Part shown: piece after piece, positions 53,851 through 64,000 of the stretch | How the letters are laid out: each line of letters begins with the position of its first letter | How positions within the stretch are numbered: position 1 is the first letter of the stretch | Assembly: GCA_951406725.2 (NCBI GenBank) | Contig: OX597822.1 | Location: forward strand, 106,144,001-106,208,000 | Direction: 5' to 3' | Length of the DNA stretch: 64,000 nucleotides | Origin: Octopus vulgaris | Taxonomy: Eukaryota | Made by a program: the position numbers and the translations under genes | Notes under the pieces: model-generated | What the model saw: the letters and a program-made list of their open reading frames with translations, nothing else | What the model was told of the DNA's origin: nothing | Database searches by the model: none

Positions 53851-54083
53851 ATAGTGGTTGTATACTGTCAACACAACGTGACAGTCCCGTAAAGAGAATC
53901 ATGCCACCGCTATTTAGCCCTAGGAAGCATCGACGCTTCCTGTCGGCTTTGACACCTTTCCTGTGTCCTTATATTTGCAAAGGAGAGGCAAGCACCCCCG
54001 CCAGCTAGGATTAGCACCTGGAGACATGTTTCTGGGTCTTGCCTGTCATCAGTCCAGGGTAGTAAGTCCTTCTAGCTGAGATG
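53851..54083 (-). mobile_element. ~233-nt structured, hammerhead-containing non-coding element, copy 2
   Basis: Reverse complement aligns end to end with 5439-5670, with many substitutions that preserve pairing. Confidence 0.7.
54017..54058 (-). ncRNA. Type-I minimal hammerhead ribozyme motif (paralogue of 5462-5505)
   Basis: Minus strand reads cctgga CTGATGA caggcaagaccca GAAA catg TC tccagg; helix I cctgga/tccagg, helix III palindrome ACATGT. Confidence 0.8.
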
Positions 54084-54732
54084 GCTGCGACCGCTTTGCA
54101 AATATATAATATTTTCAATGAAATTTATTCACTGGTTACCAAAATTAGAAATATTGAATTTTTAGAAATTCAATATTTCTAACTTATAAGTTTCGTTGCT
54201 CAATTAAAATCTTCCTGAGGATAAATCTAGAAAAATTTAACCTCAGATCATTGTCTGTTAAACCCTACGAACGGAATGATGAGATCTGGGACTCAACTAC
54301 CTCAAACTAAAAATCTATGCAAGAAAAAAATCTACCTGAATTTGTTGCTGTTGTGTCTAAATACACTTTACAGTTTTACGGATGGAGAATACTTGGATAA
54401 TAAAAAGTTGATTATGGTTAATACATCATAGATGTATGTGCAGTGTGTGCGCATGTGTGTGTTTGTGCGGATGCGTGCATGTCTATGTGTATGGCTGTAT
54501 TTGTGTTAACTCTCTTAACGGAAAAGGTAAGTACAAGCGGCGGGAATTTCAGCTGTTTCGTTTCAGAACAAAAAATGGATTCTGTGAAACATATATGTGA
54601 TAAATATATGCTACATAACTGTAATATTCATTTAAATAAACACTTCATATATATATATATATATTATTTATTTATTTATATACTTATATGTATATATATA
54701 TTTATATTCATATATATATACACAAATATTTA

Positions 54733-54780
<48 letters not shown>

Positions 54781-54885
54781 AGGGAAGAAATGGAGCTGAA
54801 CGAAGATTCTACAGAATTCCTTTTATTATTTTCTACACACTTTTGAATAATGCGTAACAAGATAATTCATTTATACATTTCAATA

Positions 54886-54924
<39 letters not shown>

Positions 54925-54938
54925 TATTTATTTATATT

Positions 54939-54973
<35 letters not shown>

Positions 54974-54986
54974 TTATTTATATTCT

Positions 54987-55018
<32 letters not shown>

Positions 55019-55191
55019 CATATATATAATATACATATATATATATATAGATATTATATAATATATATATTATATATGATATATTATATATTATTATAAT
55101 ATATTATATATTATAATATATTATATATAATATTACATATTATATATAATATATATATATATAATATATATATATATCATCTATGTTTCAG

Positions 55192-55401
55192 GACGCACTG
55201 CAAGCCGTCAACGCCTAGGTTCAAAACGTAACTCTATCGCCGATCGGCGACGACCAAGTGACGTTTCATGTCTATCTGGTAGTGATGACGATGACGGAGT
55301 TGGGATTGTGGAGCTTTCCGCCGAGAAGGCTAGCCGGGATATGATCGATGCATCGAGTGAACTGGACACGAAAAAGCGTGAATCCATCAGTTCCATTGCA
55401 G
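55192..55401 (+). CDS. KCNH2-like: Internal exon D of the KCNH/Erg channel; distal C-terminal region
   Basis: tttcAG acceptor and CAG|GTatt donor, 210 bp, phase 1-1. It is a GC-richer island between TA tracts, open in the frame set by exon C: (G)[69 protein letters not shown](G). Assignment rests on splice sites and phase, not on domain homology. Confidence 0.78.
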
Positions 55402-55438
55402 GTATTAATGTTTTCCTAATATTGATTAAATATTGAAC

Positions 55439-55586
<148 letters not shown>

Positions 55587-55647
55587 ATGTATGTATATGC
55601 TGTATATGAGCATGGTATGTTTGCACACGTGCTCGCACATACACGCA

Positions 55648-55687
<40 letters not shown>

Positions 55688-55988
55688 CATGATTCGGTAG
55701 TTCCTTTAGCATTCAAGTGAGACACAAAAATCATAAAATTGATTTGCTATAAGGACTTTTGAGCTGCCTTGCGTGTACATGTGTGTGTATGTGCGTGTGT
55801 GTGTGTGTGTGGGTATGTGTTTGCACATCTGTGTACGTGCGTGTATGTTTGTGCTTGTGCGAGAGAGTGTGTGTGTATATATGCGTGAGTGCGTACGTGT
55901 TATGTATTACGGAATGTATAACTTTTAAGAACGTGTTTTAATATTGATATATTTGGATATATACATATATATATACATAATATATTAC

Positions 55989-56036
<48 letters not shown>

Positions 56037-56102
56037 AAGTAATATAGTATGTATAAATAAATATATATATATATACATATATATATAAAGTAATATAGTA
56101 TG

Positions 56103-56144
<42 letters not shown>

Positions 56145-56193
56145 TTGTATTTAACTTCCCTACGTTATATAAGTTCAAATATTTGTATGAAGT

Positions 56194-56282
<89 letters not shown>

Positions 56283-56816
56283 ACTGCATTTTTGTATATC
56301 TATATGTATATATATATATACTTATATATCTTTGTATAGATGGGGAACAGCTTTTCTTTTAGACCTGTTTAATTGAAAACACGACTGTGTTCTACTTCTA
56401 TCTTCATCAAACAAAAATTTAACTTTATCAAGCACTGCCAACATTAATAAGCACAAAATACAGCTAAAATGCATTACATAAATTAAAATACATGGAAACT
56501 ATAAAATAGATGCGCACATTACAAGAAACAAAATAAAAAATTATTACATTAAACCATATTCTATTCTGTCAGTAATATTAAAAAAACACTAACCGTAAAA
56601 TATATGTTATAAATAGCGAACACCAAATGCAAAGTACTAATGAAAATTCATTTTAAACTTGACTGTTGTAAACTTAACGACTCCAACAGTTACAGTCACT
56701 ATACAAGTATAATATACTTCTGCTGACTCAACGCGTCTTTTACAAGACGGTACAAGTCTAACACACTGCATTGTAACACAGATACTATCTAAAGAAGAAA
56801 TCGTTGATGAACAAAA

Positions 56817-57698
56817 TATAAGATGCATTCCAGGAGTTTTGACACTTTTTTCAGGAAATAAATTTATTAATTTTAATGACGTACAAAACTCTTATCACTT
56901 TCAAAGTAGGATCTCCTTACTTCAGTGCATGTGCTGTGGCACTTCAGTCACTTCGTAAAGGCCGCATGAACTCCTCCAAAGTGAAGATGTCCAGGACTCT
57001 TGTCACAACTTCCTTCATCTTCTTTAGCTTGGGGAACAACAAAAAAGTAACAAGGGGCACAGTCTGGACGCTAAGGTGGGTGAGGTGAGGGACAGTTTTG
57101 GTGCTCCTGTCTGTCAAGTAGTTGGTTACCTGGAAGGAATTGTGAACTGGTGCATTGCGCCGTTGCTGGCGCCACTGATCCAAGTTGAAGAGCTTTGTTC
57201 TTTGGGGGATGAAATCCCTTTATGAACACCTTCAAAACCTCCACAAAGTCATCTTTGTTGACTGTGTGACCAAAGTAAACCCGGTGGGTGTATTTGATGC
57301 CCTTCTTGTCGAAAAAGAAGTTTGCCATAAGCTTCTCGGTGGACTTGGTTTGCCTGGCATTTTATACCGGTGAAAAACAGATGCTGAATTCATACAAGTT
57401 AACCTATAATACCTCTGGAGCATTTTTGCCCAGTGTAACACAAAACTTTCTTGCATAGATAGCTTCCAAATTGCCTTCACTTCCGGACTGTATTCTGCAA
57501 ACTAGTCAGCTGTGACAAGCAGTATTTAGAAGAGTGTGTTCGAAATGCTACTGTTACAACCGTTTCCTTGAATCTGAAAAAGTTGGTTGATCAGCTTGTT
57601 ACGTGTATAGTAATGATATACTAAAATTACTCTAATGCAGGACAATTATAACTGCCTCTCTAAAATGTCTTAAGAAAACTTCTGGAATGCACCTCGTG
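56817..57698 (-). mobile_element. Decayed mariner-type transposon
   Basis: Imperfect TIRs (agatgcattccaggagtttt / aaaacttctggaatgcacct). Fragments FFFDKKGI..GHTVNKDDFVEVL, NAPVHNS and LFPKLKK match the mariner catalytic domain. Confidence 0.8.
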
Positions 57699-58404
57699 TT
57701 TACATTATATAAAATTCTTCAGCCACAAAGGAAACATTAATAATTAAATCATTACTCGTTAAAACAAAATGATTTAATAATTAAATCATTACTAGGTTAA
57801 AACAAATGCTCAGTTAATATATGTTATTCCTAAGCTACCCGACTTATGACACAAAATTGATGGTCAAAAATTGAAATACCGGTGGTGATTTCTGCAGCAA
57901 TCAAGTAGTATCGGTCAACTAGAAAGAGATAGAAACATACACCAACATCATTTCCTTCTTGAAGATGAGGCTGCGAAAGCCGAGACATGTTTATGGCGTT
58001 TTTAGGAATTTTTCAGCAACGAAATCATTGGGAATACGAGAAATGTTGGATATAAAGATAAAACTATAACACATTCGTGTTTTCAATCCAACACACACGT
58101 ACAAATATGCATACATGCATACATTTATAACTATGCACACACACTTTCTCAGTCACACACAGACACACACGCATATACACAGGCATACACAGACAAACAC
58201 ACAGATATAGTTGGAGAGTTGTAGTGATGCAGAATTCACCTATATAGAGCATGACACGTATACATACGTACGTACTTAACGTACATGCATGCATTTATGT
58301 ATACGTACATACATACATACATACATACATACATACATAAATACATACATGCATACTAACACACGTGCATGCTGATACGCCTATAATCTTTATCCGCAAC
58401 AGTA

Positions 58405-58463
<59 letters not shown>

Positions 58464-58466
<3 letters not shown>

Positions 58467-58852
58467 TGGAAGCACTCCGTCGGTTACGACGACGAGGGTT
58501 CCGGTTGATCCAAATCAACGGAACAGCCTGCTCGTGAAATTAACGTGTAAGTGGCTGAGCACTCCACAGACACGTGTACCCTTAACGTAGTTCTCGGGGA
58601 TATTCAGCGTGACACAGAGAATGACAAGGGCCGGCCCTTTGAAATACAGGTACAACAGAAGCAGGAAGTAAGAGTGAGAGAAAGTTGTGGTGAAAGAGTA
58701 CAGCAGGGATCACCACCATCTCCTGCCGGAGCCTCGTGGAACCTCAGGTGTTTTCGCTCAATAAACACTCACAACGCCCGGTCTGGGAATCGAAACCGCG
58801 ATCCTATGACCGCGAGTCCGCTGCCCTAACCACTGGGCCATTGCGCCTCCAC
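58464..58852 (-). mobile_element. tRNA-derived SINE family S1
   Basis: Full-length reverse-complement copy next to (TA)n. Confidence 0.9.
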
Positions 58853-59371
58853 ATATATGTATGTAAGCAATACATAGTGAAGAAAGCTCCAATAGTAATA
58901 ATGGTAATTGTATAACAAGTACCCTGTTTATTCAGTAAGGCTGTTAATCATCATACGACAGGAACATCAACTTCCCTATGTTTCAATGGAACGTAAATTG
59001 TGTTTATTTCTTTAACGTGTATTTACAAATTCATGAACTCATTACATGAGTGAATCAAATAGCATTTGCATTGCAACTGATTCCATGCAGAACGCAATGG
59101 ATGGTTGATATTGCCTTAATTAAACGAATCTCAATATTATGAACCATCCTATTTAAACAGGGATGTAATGTATAACTAAATATATAAATATAAGTCACTG
59201 TTTTTTTTTTAAGTCAAAAGTAAACAGATGAATAATTATTTTTATATCAAAAGTATACCGTTTCATAATGTTTATCGAAAAGTTTCACATACAATTTAGA
59301 TATAATTATGCAATCGTTTTAATTTCAACACAAGTTCTCTAAGCAAATAACTGACATGAAAAATACACTTC

Positions 59372-59450
<79 letters not shown>

Positions 59451-59861
59451 AAACGATCGTAAGATGCTTTAAATAATTAATTCAAAACTTTTAAACTATC
59501 AAATATATTTATACATTATATTTATACTTATACATATTTACATATATTTTTATATTTATTTATATATATTTTAATACAATAAGTATTCTCACACGGGTAT
59601 ATCTTTATGAAGAGTTTGGATATTAATTTCCTTATATTAATAATAATAATACATTATTAAAAAATATGTTTTTATATACAAATATTTTATAATTATAAAC
59701 ATAATTATAATTAGGGGTCAGCTAATTGCTTCAGCACATACCGAATTTAGAAATAAGAGTTAAAAATTCCTTTTCTACTACTGTAATAATCTCCACGACA
59801 GTAACACACTTTTTTTTACGTAGGCAACGAGAAAAACAATGAATCAACACGATTCCGATTA

Positions 59862-59921
59862 GCTACAGACGCGTTTCGAGATTAAAGTGTTTTAATTACT
59901 TACTTCTTTCTTCGGTGTAGC
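59862..59921 (-). ncRNA. Minimal hammerhead motif, CCGAAGA core variant
   Basis: Minus strand reads gctaca CCGAAGA aaga...tctc GAAA cgcg TC tgtagc; 6-bp helix I, ACGCGT palindrome. Confidence 0.55.
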
Positions 59922-60863
59922 ATTTCCAATTATAAAATTTGAAAGTGCTAGTGTTAAATATGCACACGATTGAGCGACATCGTGCAACAGATATCCAACA
60001 AACACTTCCAAAATTTACACGGCCGAATGTGAATACACTATTCATCCCTTGTACCCACGAGTGTGTTACGAGCAGTACCGCAGAAAACTGCAGTATTCTA
60101 TCATGAAGTAAATTATAATTTCAAATTAATAAATATATATATATATATATATGTATGTATTGAAATACAGTTAATAATAGGTTAACAGTTACTAATTCTC
60201 ATATTTGAAGTTTTGGGAAAGCAATAGGAAAAATGCGTAGGTTAGGTATGTGTGTATTTGAAACGCAGGCTGAAACCTATTTCTCAGTTACCTTGATATT
60301 AGTATTAGGATAATTTGAATCCATTCACTAGAAACCTTATCACTACTAAAAAGTTTGGCGAAGCAGTCATTCCGTACGAATAAGTTTCATGTGTCAAAAA
60401 ATTTATTCACAATATAAACATTATGAGTAAAATTTTCCTTTAATTTTGGCAGATCGTTGGTTGAAATCTTTGTAATAAAATTTACACTTAGACAGACAGA
60501 CACACAATTAGGAAGTTTCCGCTGTTCATATAAGTGCTCAGCTGAGACAAATTGACGTCTATATAATTTTATCTTTTTATCTAATTGTTTATAAGTATTC
60601 CCCCGTCGACGTATCATCATTTAAATTATCTACAAGATCATACCTATATTGGTAGTACTAGAAGTACTATCATGTAGATACGTTTGAAATAGGAAGGGAA
60701 ATGTATCTCGAAAGTATGATTGATATATATATATATATATATTATTCTCTAGAAATTTGTTTCCTCCGCATTATGTATCTTTTTTTTAATTTCAATTCTA
60801 AAATTTCTTCGGATCATTATAGAATACACACATTCACACACACAAACACACATACACACACAA

Positions 60864-60894
<31 letters not shown>

Positions 60895-61427
60895 CAGGTA
60901 TGTGTGTATATGTACATATGCATATATATATATATGTAAAATTTACGTGGGTTTGTTAGTGTAGAGCCCTTTTGGAACAAATTGAAGTGAAAATAGGAGA
61001 ACCATGCAGATGTGGCAATTCGCTGGCTCTCAGATTTCCAGGTACTAAGGGAAAGTACCCTGAGAGAGAGAAGCGGGAGAAAAGTTGTGACAGTGAGAGT
61101 AAGAGCATTTGCTAAGATGCGGTGGAGAGGGAGAGAGACAAAATATATAGAGGCAATAAGGTAGTGGACAAAGTAAAAAATGAACAGCTGTAAGAAAACA
61201 GAGCAAAGATCAGCAGAGAGGGAACAATAGAAAGAGAAAACTTACTGACGCAACACTTTACAAGAAGATGAATGATTGGTTAGAAAAGCAAGTGGTAGAA
61301 AAGCAAGTGGTAGAAAAGTGGTAGAAAAGTAAGTCGTAGTAAAGCAAAAGAACAGAAATCACTGGGCATGAAAACATACATACGTACTGTAGAGACATAA
61401 ACACACATGAAATCATACGTATGTTAT

Positions 61428-61652
61428 TTATTTATTGCCCACAAGGGGCTAAACATAGAGGGGACAGACAAGGACAGACAAAGGGATTAAGTCGATTACA
61501 TAGATCCCAGTACGTAACTGGTACTTAATTTATCAACCCCCGAAAGGATGAATGGTAAAGTCGACCTCGGCGGAATTTGAACTCAGAACGTAACGGCAGA
61601 CGAAATACCTCTAAGCATTTCGCCCGGCGTGCTAACGTTTCTGCCAGCTCGC
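61428..61652 (-). mobile_element. SINE family S3
   Basis: Reverse-complement copy. Confidence 0.85.
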
Positions 61653-61784
61653 AGAATGTGTTCGTGGGATACCTCGTGACTGCGAACAATGATAGCTGTT
61701 CACCTGGCTGGTGAGAAAACATTAGCAAGAATCGACAAATAAGGGCAAACAATAAATAAGGCCATGTAAAATGGGCAAATACAA

Positions 61785-62171
61785 TGGAAGCACTCCGTCG
61801 GTTACGACGACGAGGGTTCCGTTTGATCCGAATCAACGGAACAGCCTGCTCGTGAAATTAACGTGTAAGTGGCTGAGCACTCCACAGACACGTGTACCTT
61901 TAACGTAGTTCTCGGGGATATTCAGCGTGACACAGAGAGTGACAAGGCCGGCTCTTTGAAATACAGGTACAACAGAAACAGGAAGTAAGAGTGAGAGAAA
62001 GTTGTGGTGAAAGAGTACAGCAGGGATCACCACCATCGCCTGCCGGAGCCTCGTGGAACTTTTAGGTGTTTTCGCTCAATAAACACTCACAACGCCCGGT
62101 CTGGGAATCGAAATCGCGATCCTATGACCGCGAGTCCGCTGCCCCTAACCACTGGGCCATTGCGCCTCCAC
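61785..62171 (-). mobile_element. tRNA-derived SINE family S1
   Basis: 12-bp TSD gggcaaatacaa. Confidence 0.9.
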
Positions 62172-64000
62172 GGGCAAATACAACACAACACAACAAAATG
62201 GGAATAGTGGCGGATTTTAAGAGGAGGAGTGTGGGAAATCAAGAAGTTAATTTATGCACATATGAGAAATAGTTACGTGTGGGAATATGATGTATTGTTC
62301 ATTGAGTTTCCAGAGATGTGAAGCCCGTCAATCAAAAGTCAGTTTTTGGAATGACCAGATGTGTCTGTTTCTCTCACCTTCTAACCTGCTAAATGATAAA
62401 CATTTCTTTATTAATAAATGTCTGTAAATTGATTTTTTTGCATGTTATGTTTTATTAAGAAATTAAGTGGAAATGTAACAATTTGGGTATAATATAGTTG
62501 TTATATACTTCTTTGGTAGTCATAGGTATAGGCTTGTTGTGAAGAAATTCGCTTCTCAGCTACGTCGTTTCAGAATCGATCTCTCTCCGCAACATCTTCA
62601 GCAAGTATCTTCTACAACTATCTCAATAAGGAAAACAAAAGCCTTGGGAGTGGAATTAAGCAGATGGATCTTCATTCTTCTTCCGTTACCTGGTTCAATG
62701 CTACATCTTGTTCTTCAAGTGCCTTTAACAGATTCACTCTGTTGTAATTGGACTATGTTTGTGATATGTAGGTTAGTCTTTTCTCCCGTGAGTCTCGAAA
62801 GCCCTGGGAAGATGTAATGGATGTTTCTCACTCATATGGCTCTTCACATCGAAAATACTTTTCATTTTGTATTTAGTCAATTCAAAAATTCTCTTAAGTT
62901 TGACTTAGTCTTGTGTATAAATTCATTTAATTTTTGCTATGTAAATATTCTCCCCATTTTGATTTCCCCATTTACAAGATTTGCATAAAAGGGAATTTAT
63001 TTCTTATTGATAATTCCTACGCCATTACTTGCGTCGCTATCACCGATGTTGGGGAGATTGCGAAGACAATGTATACAAACCTTTACTCGAAACCAAACTA
63101 ATATTAAAATAATTAACAAATACCATTATGGAATACGCATGACAGGCGTTGTTAGGCAACATTTATCGAGGTTTTAAATAATTGACTAGCTCTGCGTGTT
63201 GTATGAATATTATATTTAGTTATGCTGGTAAACGTTCATTAAATTTCCATTTTGATCATTGAAAGATGAGACTTAACTTTAAAAAGAAAGAATGCTTAAA
63301 CTATTATTGTAATATCAGTTTAAATCCTTCACTGAATATTGTAATTAAATGCGCAACGTTACGAAAAGCTGTCTCCAATTCTGTTCAGGAGTTACCTTAC
63401 GTACGCGCATGTGTCTGGTGTGTATTTGTGAGTGTGTATATGTATATATATATATATATATATATACATGTTATTGGTGGTGGGCATGGTAGTGTTGTGG
63501 TAAGCTCTTGGCAACTCGATTTCAATTCCCACTTAGAGTGCTTATGTCATTGGGCTTGAATTTTTCTTTAAACACTCTCTAAAATTGCTGGACTCAGGAA
63601 ATATATTACAAAATATTATATTATAAATATCAAATATATACCTGTCATAGCTTTTAAAGAAATATTAATATGAACGAATTGATATGGAAAGTTTTACTTA
63701 GTCATTCTATCTGCTAGATTATAAACACTTCCCTACCGTCGGGGAGTGATAATAAGGTAACCGTACTAGGTGTAGTTCCAGATATACAAAAATATGAAAA
63801 TTCGTTACGGTTGGATGACGCTTTCTCATAACAGCAGCAGAACCAAAATTGAGCTCTTTCTAAAGAACAATAAACAATGAATGGGGAAATGAATGGAAAA
63901 GAGAAATTTAAAGGAAAAGAACATAGATAGTGGAGGTCGTTGTCGTTGTTTATTACAATGGCTACAATAGATAATGTATAATGAGAAACAAAAGAGACAG

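Overview
AT-rich, microsatellite-dense animal DNA. The SINE families look like those of an octopod cephalopod (recognition, not a database result). The window lies inside one + strand gene for an Erg-type KCNH voltage-gated K+ channel. Four phase-consistent internal exons (12224-12376, 13175-13368, 24192-24303, 55192-55401) encode the cyclic-nucleotide-binding homology domain and the proximal C-terminus. The rest is intron, filled with tRNA-derived SINEs, mini-Helitrons, mariner/Tc1/MULE/piggyBac remnants, R4/Dong-like and Tx1-like LINE ends, and simple repeats. Almost all ORFs in the supplied track are microsatellite or SINE artefacts. The most striking unannotated signal is about a dozen minimal type-I hammerhead ribozyme motifs, nearly all with a palindromic helix III. 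Most lie in non-coding elements abutting (TA)n tracts, several with a fold-back-plus-tail layout like Penelope-like or retrozyme termini. They include a pair of ~232-nt multi-hairpin elements with compensatory base changes, a 1.47-kb near-perfect inverted repeat whose hammerhead has an extended helix II, and a natural A3-U8 core variant. All structures were read by eye and none has been tested for cleavage.
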